Assembly: GCA_963786425.1 (NCBI GenBank)
Contig: CAWAZB010000001.1
Location: 672,254-736,253 of the forward strand
Direction of reading: 5' to 3'
DNA length: 64,000 bases
Source of the DNA: an uncultured Alphaproteobacteria bacterium
Lineage (GTDB): Bacteria > Pseudomonadota > Alphaproteobacteria > Rhizobiales > Methyloligellaceae
Shown: positions 39,420 through 49,657 of the stretch, piece after piece
How positions within the stretch are numbered: the first letter of the stretch is position 1
Layout of the letters: the number at the start of each line of letters is the position of its first letter
The notes under the pieces: generated by a model
The model's database searches: none
What the model was told of the DNA's origin: nothing
What the model saw: the letters and a program-made list of their open reading frames with translations, nothing else
Translations under genes and position numbers: made by a program

Positions 39420-40620
39420 CTACGCGAGCAACGCGCTCTCGGCAGCATCCAGCTCTTTCGTATCATCGCCGCGCGGGAACAAGTGCCCGTAGCGATCATA
39501 GGTCATTGTGATTGATGAGTGGCCTAAGCGCTCCTGCACCACCTTCGGCGGCAACCCTAGTCCGCCGTCTGCGGGCCGGTTTATGCACCACGAGGCGTAG
39601 AAGTGCCGCAACCCATGCATGCCAGTGTATTTTGCCTTCAGGATACGCTCGCCCTTCTTGTCCTTTTTGCCCGTGTCTATCGCGAGGCCGGCTGCGAGCT
39701 GAGCGGGGATCAGCCCACGGTTGATGATATTCGCTAACGACTCGACATTGCCATGGCCGTTGGGAAAGACAAGATCGAGGTCACCCTTGGGGCATGCGAG
39801 CTTCCATTCCTTAAGCGTGTTAGCCACGAATTTTCCGAATGGGATCGTTCGCTCTCCAGCTGCAGATTTCGGCTTGCCAATTTCGTTGTATCTGTCGGCC
39901 CGCTGACGAACATGCAGCTCGCTCTTTCTGAGGTCGACGTCTTTCCAAACAAAGACCGCGCAATTCGGATGCACGTAGGCCGGTGAAGGTCGCTAGGACT
40001 AAGAGCGGGCGCCACCGACCCTTTGAACCCCCGATGATGCTCTTGATCTCGCCAGGCGTCGGAATGTCGACCCCGACCTTCAGCTTACCTTTCTGCCGCT
40101 TTTCGGCATTGTGTTCCTTACCGCGGCGCCGGTTGCGACGAAGATCGCGTACCACATTCCGCGCAGAGAGACCTTGCTCTTGGGCATCTGCTAACAGTGA
40201 TCCAAAACTTCCCACGACTTTGCGGATCATTGCGGCCGAACGCTTCTCCTCCCGCAAACGGTCCTCCAGCTTGCGAACAGTCTGGGCGCTGAGTTCCGAA
40301 AGCTTCATGCGTCCGATGAATGGTACGATGTGCTGATCCACGTGTTGACGATACTGATCAGTCGTTGAACGCTCGAGGCCTGCCGCCTCGGCGGCGTTGA
40401 TCCAACTTACCGCCGCCTCTTTCACAGTAACGCTCTTACTCGGCGCTATATGCGCGCCCGCCCTAACGTCGACCCGCACCTCCGAGTGACGGGCATCGGC
40501 ATCCTTCTTTTTTGAAAAGGTTTCGATGTGTCTTTCACCTTGCTGGTCGACATAGTCGACGACCCACGCCTCACGCTCTTGGCCTGATCGTGTGACCCAT
40601 TGTCTCTTACGAACCGACAT
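39420..40620 (-). CDS. Tyrosine integrase, one apparent frameshift at ~39950
   Basis: Catalytic R (TGLRASELR), K (PKSAAG), HGLRH, LGHSS, TYDRYGH. Confidence 0.93.
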
Positions 40621-40879
40621 GCCTCCCTCCCCGGAGTGAATGGGAACGTGTTGCATCATGTTGCAATGGTATCCGCTTGTCAACGCCGGAAACCAATTGA
40701 CGCGAGTCGTAAGTAGTTGCAGGATCTTCGAATCACCGCGGGCGAGGCTGACCGCAACAGCCGTTATCAACCCGCAGTGAGTTTCCATTCCAAGAGAGAA
40801 ACCGCGCCGCGACGGAGTGGCGCTACCGCAAATTTTTCACTGCCGAGACCGCATCTCGGCAAACGCGGAGTTTCTCTTT

Positions 40880-41140
40880 ATGAAAAACAAACACTCGAAA
40901 ATTGACAATCGGTGCGATCTCGACCGCCCGATCTGGGGTGCACGCAACATTGGTATTGAAGCTGGCCTAGGTGACGATAAGAAAGCCTGGCGTCGCGCTT
41001 TTTACTTGCTCGAAAATGGTTTGCTCCCCGCGAAGAAGGTCGGGGGCTGTGTTGACGATGAGGGAAGACACAAAGGCGGACGCTGGGTAAGCACGCCGCG
41101 CCTCATTCGCCAAGCGCTGAATCCGGTGGTGGAGGCATGA
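40880..41140 (+). CDS. Excisionase/AlpA-like small DNA-binding protein
   Basis: IWGARNIG...AFYLLENGLLPAKKVG..RW motif of winged-helix Xis-like proteins; divergent from the integrase. Confidence 0.7.
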   Translation: MKNKHSKIDNRCDLDRPIWGARNIGIEAGLGDDKKAWRRAFYLLENGLLPAKKVGGCVDDEGRHKGGRWVSTPRLIRQALNPVVEA

Positions 41141-41141
41141 G

Positions 41142-41501
41142 ATGGCACTCCACCATAAAAAACGAAACCCGACGCGGGCGGCGTCGGGCTCGTTGCCTGT
41201 AGATCGAGAACGGCATCAACGATCTGTCGGCGAAGGTAATCGCGTTCGCTCTGCCGATCAAGTCATCGGAATAATCGACAAGGGCGCCGCCACTCGGCTG
41301 CGCGTCACGATCACGCTTTGGCGCGGGTTCGACCGGCTAGAGATCCGAGATCTCGCGGTCCTCGGCGCTGGCATTATTACGCCGATCGGCACGCCGATCT
41401 GGGTGCCCTTTCACAAGATCCGCGAGCTCATCGACGTGCTGGAAGCCGCGGAGGCGGAGGTCAGGGCGCGCGGGTTAATCGGGGGCGCGCCATGCCGATG
41501 A
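41142..41501 (+). CDS. PC4-like ssDNA-binding protein (putative)
   Basis: IIDKG..TRLRVTITLWRG.DRLEIR...P...GI-like pattern. Confidence 0.5.
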   Translation: MALHHKKRNPTRAASGSLPVDRERHQRSVGEGNRVRSADQVIGIIDKGAATRLRVTITLWRGFDRLEIRDLAVLGAGIITPIGTPIWVPFHKIRELIDVLEAAEAEVRARGLIGGAPCR

Positions 41502-42385
41502 CGACCCTTCCAGCCGTAATGCAGCGCGCCCGCGAAGTCAGGGCTCGGACCGATCTGCCGCCGCAGTCAAAGGTCATCCACGATGCACTGATAGACTGTC
41601 TCAACCTCCATAGTGGCGGCTGCTTCCCCTACGACGAGACGCTCGCCGAACGATGCGGGATGAGCGTCCCCTCGCTCCGGCGCTACCAGAAGCCGCTGAA
41701 GGAAGCGGGGCTGATCGCCAAGGCAAAGACCGGGCGCGCTCCGGTCTACACGTTCCCAGGACTGACCGACGACCAATCAGCATGTGATAGGTCAGACCAA
41801 TCAGCACCTGATAGGTCGGGCTTGAAGGCTGATCGGTCTGATCGGTCAGCACCTGAGAGGTCTGAGCGATCAAATACTGAGCGCGCATATAAGGAAGAAC
41901 AGAACAGAGAACAGAACAGAGAACAGAACATTCTCGCGTTTGAAATGTTTTGGGGTGCCTATCCTCGGCAAATAGCGAAGAAGACAGCCCACAAGAAGTT
42001 CGACTCCATCATCAAGGCCGGAGAGGCAACGTCAGACGAGCTAATCCATGGAGCCGTCCGCTATCAGCTGGAGTGCAAAGATCGAGAGCCTCGCTACATC
42101 AAACATCCGACAACGTGGTTGAACGGCGGCTGTTGGGCCGACGAGCAAGCTAAAAACGTCGCGGCTCCTACCGCAGCTGACAACGCACAGCGCGCGGAGA
42201 ACATCAGGAAATACAGAGAGAAGCAGTTGGCGGAGCGAGACGCGGAGGAAGCCGCGCGCAAGAGCAGGATCCCATCACCCGAGCAAAAAGCCCGTGCTGT
42301 TGAAATGCTGAAACAAGCGAAGATGCGCTTGTTGCAAGTAGCAGACCCGCGCCTGAAGCCGCGCAAAACACCTGGAGGCCCCTGA
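41498..42385 (+). CDS. Phage-type replication initiator (HTH plus conserved C-terminal domain)
   Basis: N-terminal HTH (FP..ETLAERCGMS..SLRRY..L..AGLI), repeat linker, FEMFWGAYP..K..A..F and YIKHPTTWLN motifs; ATGA coupling. Confidence 0.85.
   Translation: MTTLPAVMQRAREVRARTDLPPQSKVIHDALIDCLNLHSGGCFPYDETLAERCGMSVPSLRRYQKPLKEAGLIAKAKTGRAPVYTFPGLTDDQSACDRSDQSAPDRSGLKADRSDRSAPERSERSNTERAYKEEQNREQNREQNILAFEMFWGAYPRQIAKKTAHKKFDSIIKAGEATSDELIHGAVRYQLECKDREPRYIKHPTTWLNGGCWADEQAKNVAAPTAADNAQRAENIRKYREKQLAERDAEEAARKSRIPSPEQKARAVEMLKQAKMRLLQVADPRLKPRKTPGGP
41771..41930 (+). repeat. Iterons and A-rich repeats inside rep (putative origin)
   Basis: 24-bp units at 41771, 41795 and 41840; GAACAGAACAGA repeated ~2.8 times at 41897-41930. 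Confidence 0.75.
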
Positions 42386-42551
42386 ATTTAGCTCGCCCGA
42401 CCCTTTGTCGACGCAACACGCGCGCGACACGAGCCGTGAAAGCCTTGCTTCATAAGGATGAATCATGCGACAAGCGGACTTGTTATCCGCTCACAGGGCC
42501 GAGGACTATCGGGGCGGCAGGGCAGGAAAAGGCCGCAGATACGGGTGAGGC

Positions 42552-42875
42552 ATGACGCAAAAGCTACCGGGATTGGACGGCAGAACGCGAGGCGCGAAGC
42601 GGCACGCTGCGCTCTGTCGATCCTTCGAGCATGATCTCGGGCACGCTGCATCCGAGGCTGAGCTTGCGCTGATCCGACAGGCGGCCTCTTGCGTGCTGGC
42701 ATCGGAGGCGCTGCAAGCGCGTGCAGTCTCCGGCGCGGCGTCGGCGGTGGAGCTCGGCGAGCTCGCGCGGTGCGGCAACCTCGCAACGAGGCTTCTACTC
42801 GCTCTCGGTCTCAAGAGCGGCAAGCGAGCGGCCGGCCCCTCACTCCGCGAATACCTTGAGAATCGCGCAGCATGA
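42552..42875 (+). CDS. Putative terminase small subunit
   Basis: DGRTRGAKR..L...DLG..SEA..LIRQAA..LGLK..PSLREYL; translationally coupled (ATGA) to the terL-like gene. Confidence 0.55.
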   Translation: MTQKLPGLDGRTRGAKRHAALCRSFEHDLGHAASEAELALIRQAASCVLASEALQARAVSGAASAVELGELARCGNLATRLLLALGLKSGKRAAGPSLREYLENRAA

Positions 42876-44412
42876 AAGCCCACGTCACCATCACGGAAGC
42901 TCTCAGCGATCCGCAATTGCTCGGCGCTGCCCTCGGCGATCTCCGATCATGGCGTCAATGGGTCACGACCCTTAAGGCCGCGTTCGGAGAGAAGCTCAAT
43001 CGAGCGGAGCGTCGGGCCTTCGATGCCGTAGCAGGGTCACGCAAGCCGCCTCGGGAGCGCGTGAGAGAACTTTGGCTGATCCTCGGGCGCCGATCGGGAA
43101 AGTCACGCATGGCGGCCGCCCTGGCGGTCTACGTCGCCCTGTTGACCGACGCGGCGTCACGCCTGGCGCCCGGCGAGCGTGGCGTGGTGCTCGTGCTTGC
43201 GGCCTCGAAGAAGCAGGCGGCGACGATCCGCAATTATTCCCTCGCTTTCATCGAGGCGAGCCCAATGCTGCGCGAGGCGCTCGACGGGGAGCCGCTTGCG
43301 GAGGAGATCCGCCTTAAAGGTGACGTCTCGATTGAGATCCGACCGAACAGCTTTCGGACGGTGCGCGGCCCGACATTGTTGGCTTGTATCTTCGACGAGG
43401 TAGCGTTCTGGCGCGACGAGACGAGCGCAACGCCGGACCTCGAGACCTACCGGGCCGTTCTGCCGGCACTGAGCACGACCGGCGGCATGTCGATCGGAGT
43501 TTCGAGCCCCTACCGCCGCACCGGCCTTTTGCACAGCAAGTTTAAGAACGCCTTCGGGAAGGATGATCCGCGCGTGCTCGTTGTGAACGCACCGACAACT
43601 GCTTTCAATCCAATGATCGACCAGGGGGTCATTGCAGATGCCGAGCGCGACGACAGGGAGGCCGCGCAGTCGGAGTGGTTCGGCGAGTTCCGCAGCGACC
43701 TTAATGCGCTTCTCGACGACGACGTGATTGACGGCGCCGTCGATCATGGGAGGCCATTGGAGCTGCCGCCGCGGCGGGGCATCACCTACCACTGTTTCGT
43801 CGACGCGAGCGCGGGCCGCCACGACAGCTTCACTTGCGCCGTAGGGCACGCCGAGGACGGCGTGTTTATCGTCGACGCGCTGAGAGGCTTCGCCGCGCCT
43901 TTCGACCCTGGCACGGCCGCTGCCGAACACGCAGCGCTCGCCAAAAGCTACGGCATCACGCGAGTAACCGGCGACGCCTTCGCCGGCGAATGGGTCGCTC
44001 AAGCCTTTCGCGATGGTGGTGTGAGCTACGAGACGAGCACCCTGAACAAATCGGCCCTCTACCTCGAAAGCCTGGTGTGGTGGGAACAGAAACGCGGTCC
44101 GCGTTCCCGATCATCCTGCTGTTGCTCCGCGAGCTCCGTCTCCTCGAAAGGCGCGTGCATCGGTCCGGAAAGGATAGCGTCGACCATCCGCGCGGCGGCT
44201 CTGACGATTTCGCAAAGCTGTCGTCGGTGCTTTCACTTGGCCGTGCGGCACGGAACCGCGGCGTGGTCCGCGTTGGCTTCGGCGCCGGCAGCGGGGGCAC
44301 GATCCAGTTGGCAGCACAAGGAAGCGCCGCCGTGAGCTTCGGATCGTGCAACGTCGATCAGAACGGCCGCGAGCTGACCATCGAGGAGGTCCGCGCGCGC
44401 CGCCGTAGCTGA
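42872..44412 (+). CDS. Terminase large subunit-like protein, apparent frameshift at ~44080
   Basis: Walker A GRRSGKS, Walker B CIFDEVAFW, RNase H-like FVDASAGRHDSF; C-terminus LRELRLLERR..SGKDSVDHPRGGSDD in the other frame. Confidence 0.8.
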
Positions 44413-44465
44413 TCTCTCCTCCACAGTCATGGGGCTGCACTGAATGACGCAAGTTGGTTCTGGTC

Positions 44466-44549
44466 GGGTCGGATGGTGATGCGGGTCGGATGGTGATGCG
44501 GGTCGGATGGTGATGCGGGTCGGATGGTGATGCGGGTCGGATGGTGATG
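44466..44549 (+). repeat. Perfect 17-bp tandem repeat, ~4.9 copies
   Basis: GGGTCGGATGGTGATGC at 44466, 44483, 44500, 44517 and partial at 44534. Confidence 0.97.
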
Positions 44550-44918
44550 GTCGGAGACATCGTGCTTGTTGGCACCAAGGGCGACGAGCCTTGGACCGTC
44601 ACCCAGTTTGCTGGCGGCAATTCATGGTGGGTTCGTAGAGACGAGAGCCACCGCTCCGTGAGTTTCGTGACTGCCGATCTCTCGCTTCTTTTGCGGCCCG
44701 CGATCAACATCGGCGACGAGATGCGATTGAACGGAAGCACCGTCCGCGTGACCGGCTTTCTTGGGAACGCGGTCAAAGTGGAAATCGCGGCGAAAGATCG
44801 GCGGGTGCCGTTGCGGCATGGCGGCACTGCCGCCTTCGGCGTCGGCTCGGCCGTTATCGGCAGGGGCGAGCTCGTCGCAGAGAACGCCAACGAATTACTT
44901 CGCGCACATGGAGGGTGA
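44541..44918 (+). CDS. Hypothetical protein (beta-rich, SH3/KOW-like appearance)
   Basis: VGDIVLV..WTVTQF and INIGDEMRL..VRVTG duplicated pattern; start lies in the last repeat copy. Confidence 0.55.
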   Translation: MVMVGDIVLVGTKGDEPWTVTQFAGGNSWWVRRDESHRSVSFVTADLSLLLRPAINIGDEMRLNGSTVRVTGFLGNAVKVEIAAKDRRVPLRHGGTAAFGVGSAVIGRGELVAENANELLRAHGG

Positions 44919-44921
44919 AAA

Positions 44922-45746
44922 ATGGGAATCAGACAAATTCCGCTCGACATCAATGAGGGCATGGTCGGCCGCTTCCGCGAGCGCGACCCGCTCACGAAAG
45001 AGATCATCGCCGACAGGCCGCTCGATCAACTGACTGAGGCGGCGTCCCACATGCAGGGCGCAGCGACACGCTTGCACGACCTGGCGGCCGCAATCGTCGG
45101 CGACCACAGCTTTGCGGGCCATGCCGGCCGAGTGAAATTCCCCGAGACGGCTACAAAGGTCTTCGCCGAAGCAGACAAGCGGATGACTGAAGCTATGAAA
45201 GCCGCCTTCGCCGAAATCGGTCGCGTGCAAAATTCAATCCGACCGGCTGCGCCTGTCAACCACTTGGCAAGTGAGGTCCGCGCGCGCCTTTCACAGATGA
45301 AGCCAGACCATCGGCGCCAAGTGCTCGCCGATGCCGACGACATGACGATCGGCGCGCTCGCGCACGGGCCGCATTGGCTGAGCGGTGTGACCAAAGAGGA
45401 AGCCGAACTACACGTTCGGGGATGGACCGAAAGAAAATATCCCGACGAGAGCGCGCGGCTGCGCCGGATTGGACAAGCGCTTTCAGCCGCGCAGCGGATC
45501 AACGTCTCTTTCAAGGGTTACGTCGAATTGGTCGCAAAGGATCTGGCGACGCCGCAAGTCGCCTCGGCTAAGCGCGTGCACGCCGCCCACGTGGCTCAAC
45601 GGGCGGCGCATCCCAGTATAGACGTCGTCCGTGGGTACCCTCAGTCCTCCGCCCTGCGCCACCGGGCGGGAGCGCCGGTTAAGTGGTTTGCCGGCGCTCC
45701 CGCTCATGGTTCAAAGCCGCCGCGGGGTCCCTGTTCTTCCCCTTAG
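44922..45746 (+). CDS. Hypothetical alpha-helical protein (3' end uncertain)
   Basis: GGAGG RBS; 274-aa ORF whose last ~40 codons run through a strong hairpin. Confidence 0.6.
   Translation: MGIRQIPLDINEGMVGRFRERDPLTKEIIADRPLDQLTEAASHMQGAATRLHDLAAAIVGDHSFAGHAGRVKFPETATKVFAEADKRMTEAMKAAFAEIGRVQNSIRPAAPVNHLASEVRARLSQMKPDHRRQVLADADDMTIGALAHGPHWLSGVTKEEAELHVRGWTERKYPDESARLRRIGQALSAAQRINVSFKGYVELVAKDLATPQVASAKRVHAAHVAQRAAHPSIDVVRGYPQSSALRHRAGAPVKWFAGAPAHGSKPPRGPCSSP
45664..45705. other. Strong hairpin at the core/cargo boundary
   Basis: GCGGGAGCGCCGG-N12-CCGGCGCTCCCGC perfect 13-bp stem, no U-tract. Confidence 0.6.
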
Positions 45747-45830
45747 GCTCGACGGCCAGCTGCTTGCGAACCGCGCCCTCGCCAACTCGATTTGCAGGCC
45801 AACTAGCCCGCTGGGACGCGGGGACGCTCG

Positions 45831-46493
45831 ATGTTTGGGATGCTCGATTACCGAGCACAAAAACTATTCTGGCTACTCAGCCTGCCAATCCGCTTACTCA
45901 ACAGGCTTGCGTATTTCGCGACATCTTCGCCGCCATTTGGATCGCGCAGTCTACGCAATTTCCTTTGCTAGCGCAGATCGTCATTGGCTATCTCACCTTC
46001 GAAATTGTTGGCCTACTCTGCGAATATTGCCTTCGTCTGGCTTATATTTTGGTCGTTCAACAAAGTTCTTTCTCCTTCGTCATAGACGTGGTCCCTGCGC
46101 GGGAGAAAACGCCGTTGAAGCTCAGGCCGGTGTGACCAATGGCAAAGCGATATGGCTAAATCTCAAATGCGATCGAGATATCGGCGGTTTGGCCAAATCC
46201 CAACTTCATACCGCCGGAATTGCATCATCGCTCAATTGGCGTGCCCGTGCCTTTTTTAACGGTCGCGAACGGATTGAGGTGAGGAGTTCGATTGATTGAA
46301 AGAAAATTACGAATTAACTGGGAAAGCAACCGGGTCAACTGACTCCAGAGGAGATAAAGGGGCTTGTTAGCGATTTGGATTTCAATTGGGCGGAACAAGC
46401 AATCGCCAACCCACAGTTCTTTCGGCACTCGCTTTGGGCCTCGGACTTATCACGGGCGGGCTGATTTACATGTGGCTGGATAAAGCTGGGTGA
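45831..46493 (+). pseudogene. Multiply frameshifted membrane-protein gene
   Basis: MFGMLDYRAQKLFWLL start; hydrophobic segments continue across several frames to ...[11 protein letters not shown]. Confidence 0.5.
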
Positions 46494-46560
46494 GCAAATG
46501 CATCTTCCTACGCGGTTCAGCCTTGAGAGGATGGCCCTGCACGGTTGGGAGCGACATTTT

Positions 46561-47602
46561 ATGGAGAAGCGATATCAAGTTTGTAAGTTCGACTTTCGTC
46601 GATCTCCGAGAGGAGCGCCAAGCCGTCACGCAGGCGCTACTTAGCCTGGATCATTTCCCGGCTGGCATGGAACTATGGCCGGCTAGTGATGACGAACTCA
46701 TGGATGTTGATACAGTCGGTGATAGACGACAGCGATTACTACCTACTTGTTGTCGGCGGGAGATACGGCACCACTGATCCTGATGGAGTGAGCTATACCG
46801 AACGTGAATATGATTATGCGGTCGTAAAGGGCCTCCCGGTGCTCGCCTTTATTCATGAGAATCCGGCCGACATTGCTTCAGGAAAGACGGATCAAAGCGA
46901 CGCGCTTGCGGGGAAGCTCGAACACTTTGTTGCTAAAATAAAAGGATCGAAGCACGTCAAGTTTTGGAAGAATGCTGACGATCTGAAGGCGAAAGTGATT
47001 TAAGCGATATCGGTAGAGACAAAGCGTAATCCGAGAGAAGGATGGATCCGCGCAGGTCAAGCCTCGGATCCGCGCCGCCTCAATGAGCTTCTTCAAGAAG
47101 TAGATCGTTTGAAAAAGGAACTTGCAGAAACAAGCGCCGCCCCACCCGCGGGGACTGATCAATACGCCCAGGGCGATGACAGTCGCGTTTTTACGGTTGT
47201 TTATCGAGATGAAATCCTAAAACGATATGAGGAGGACATTCGGGTTTCTTGGAATGAGGTTTTTTATATAGCCGGTCCCGTTATGATCGAGGAGGCTTCT
47301 GAGCGGCATATGAGAGTTAGGCTATCGGAGGGACTTATCGCCTACGCCCCAAACGCACCAGACCTTAGCCAACTACCCGGTGCTACAGACGACAGCTTTG
47401 AAACCATCAAAATTCAACTTATTGCGCTAGGTTTGATCCAGAAGAGCCGGCGAAACACGCGGTAACAGACAACACGATATATTGGTCGCTTACCGCCTTT
47501 GGCGAAGCTCAGTTCATGAAACTGCGGGCTCGGAGAAAAGGCCCGGTGCCGAGCGTGCTCGACCAGTCGACGTGTCTGCAAGCCCGCGACGAAAAGACAT
47601 GA
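46561..47602 (+). pseudogene. DUF4062-domain protein with several frameshifts and an in-frame TAA
   Basis: MEKRYQV(F)[42 protein letters not shown]; C-terminal IQLIALGLI...YWSLT. Confidence 0.75.
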
Positions 47603-47834
47603 ATTGGGCACACGCAAAGATCTCGCCTGAGAAACTAAGTTTGCGGGGACGCGGCAAACTTTGCCGTGACGGCGCCAGCCTTCCGCTATAAGTGCGAGCG
47701 ATGAAGGCTCTACTGCTAATCATCGCCCGCATGCGGTGGCTGCGCTTCCGGATCGCGCTAGCGAACCTTGCGCTTGATCTTCGGCTTCCCCGCCTGACCC
47801 TGTGGATCGTGCCGGAGCTCCTCCCAAGAAATCA

Positions 47835-47864
47835 TTGACAGCGAATTGCTCACGCGCTTATCGT
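47835..47864 (+). promoter_or_regulatory. sigma70-type promoter
   Basis: TTGACA-N18-TATCGT upstream of ATG 47900. Confidence 0.55.
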
Positions 47865-47899
47865 CTCATGTGCTCACTCACTCACGAAAGGGCCAGAAC

Positions 47900-48143
47900 A
47901 TGAAGGCGGCAACAAAGCAGAAGGCTCCAGTGACGGCGCGGGCCGTCATGAGCGCACATCAACAGGAAGCTCTCGGCGCAAAACGTTAAGCTCATGAAAG
48001 CGCGCGGGCAGATGTTCCTGGACGTGGGCGATTACTACTTAGTCAACGAGCGCTTGAATGTGGTGTGGCAAAAGGATGTTGATCTAGAGGACTACGCCCG
48101 CGAGATCGGATGCCTACAGCCTTGGGAGGCGGTGCAGTCATGA
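47900..48143 (+). CDS. Small hypothetical protein (one apparent frameshift)
   Basis: MKAATKQKAPVTARAVMS then INRKL..LMKARG..DVGDYYLV..KDVDLEDYAREIG in the other frame. Confidence 0.45.
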
Positions 48144-48346
48144 CTAATAAGACCAGATCGCTAGTTCTCGCCGAGGAAATTAAGGAAATGATCGAAGGCC
48201 ATAACATGGTCGACGTTCTTACGGCGCTGACTACCTGCATTGCGGAGGTCGTTGTCGTGAACCGGGCCGTGCTCGACATTGGAACGGTCGTTGATGCTTT
48301 GAAGACGACGACGGCTGCGCTTCTTGACGCTCCGAGGAGGCACTAG
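48140..48346 (+). CDS. Small hypothetical protein
   Basis: GGAGG RBS and ATGA overlap with the preceding ORF. Confidence 0.45.
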   Translation: MTNKTRSLVLAEEIKEMIEGHNMVDVLTALTTCIAEVVVVNRAVLDIGTVVDALKTTTAALLDAPRRH

Positions 48347-48636
48347 CCCTCGCCCCGCCTCGCCGGCCCCGGCCTTGCGCGGGACCCTAATCCGCTTTGG
48401 ATTGGTCTCTCGCCTTGGCCTCCGCCAATAGCCTCGACCTCGGCGAGACTGGCCTTCGCCTGCGCTAGCGACTGCGGGGTCGTGTCTTCCAACTTGCCGC
48501 CAGAATGCCGCTCTCCGGTGTGTATGAGTCCGGATTCCAATTGCTCGATCTGTCGCTTGAGCGATTTACGCGGACGCTCACAATGTTCGACGATCAGATC
48601 TTGAAGAAGGACACGGCGCGCGCTCCGTCTAAACGC

Positions 48637-49500
48637 TCATGACGCGGAGCTTATATTCGAATTTGCATCGAGTGCCGCAAGCCACCGCACATGAGCTGCG
48701 CCGAGGCTTACCAGATCGACTGCAAGCTCGAACGGAGGCTCCGACACCTTATCGGCACCGGGTTCATGTCGGTAATAGGCGCCAACATTATCTTAGCCGC
48801 CCAAACTTAAAATCAGCTTCTCACTGGAAACGAGCGAAGTTGGGTCGTCACCATAGAGTTGCTGAACCAAAGGAGACAATCGGCTCTTTACTACGGAGTT
48901 CGTCAAACGAGGCTCCTTAGGATACATGAGCCGAAAGAGCCCCTCAGCCGCGGAGAAGATCGCTCGCAAAGAATACTTTCCTTGCGGCGGGATAGCGGTG
49001 AGGAAGGCGTGAGACTGTTGCACGTTTTCGAGCACGCTCTTGTAACGCGATGGCCAGAGTTGAGATGGTTACTTGCCGATTGGCCTCATATTTGGCATCG
49101 ACTTAGTAGTGAACTCCCCCGCCGTCATCGACCGGGACGCGACGTTCTCCTCAGCAAAAATTCGTCGGACTTCGTCACGATACCTTCCTGGGGCGCGGGG
49201 CTCCTGAATTCCGGTTAGCAATTTCTTGACCAGAAACTTGTGTGCAACCGTCACGCTGTCCAACATAAATTTCAGCTCACAACGCTTGTAAAACTCGGCG
49301 TAATCACTGAAGCCATGCTGATAAGGCACGTCGACGCCCATCTCCCGAATCCATTCCGACGCGACATCAGAGAGATCTTTGAAGGTGTAGACCAGCGTGG
49401 CGAGTCGCCTTTCTCCATTATAGGGCTGTCGTCGCATGGTGCCCCGCGTTCCACATAAACATGGGGGAAATCGCTTCCCCACAGGCCGCCCGTTAGCCAT
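48637..49500 (-). pseudogene. AbiJ-like / HEPN-type putative abortive-infection gene, disrupted
   Basis: Reassembled MANGRPVG..ERG..RRIFAEEN..RAIFSAAEGLFRLM..YYRHEPG..LAVDLVSLGAAHVRWL; frameshifts plus TAA at 48793. Confidence 0.5.
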
Positions 49501-49657
49501 GCCTTCGGCCCTTCTCGTTGTCCTCTCCGTGTCGCAAGCATGTTGCACGGGGTCGCTGCAACTGAATACCAACCGTCTGAAAATCAACGGTATTATGTTG
49601 CAGTGTCGCTTCGAAGACGCGCAGACATACAAAAACCAGCTAAATCATTGAAAATGT

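Noticed and set aside
42480-42495. Vector contamination suggested by the lacO match
   Set aside because: The match is limited to 16 bp; the flanks do not continue into lac promoter or M13 primer sequence.
44466-44549. CRISPR array
   Set aside because: The repeats are contiguous with no spacers, are too short, and no cas genes are present.
45631-46299. 222-aa and 150-aa ORFs from the ORF track as real genes
   Set aside because: They are better explained as pieces of one frameshifted membrane-protein gene starting at ATG 45831.
48343-48620. Small minus-strand ORF (LKRQIEQLESG...)
   Set aside because: It looks coding but has no convincing start codon or RBS in frame, so it was left unannotated.
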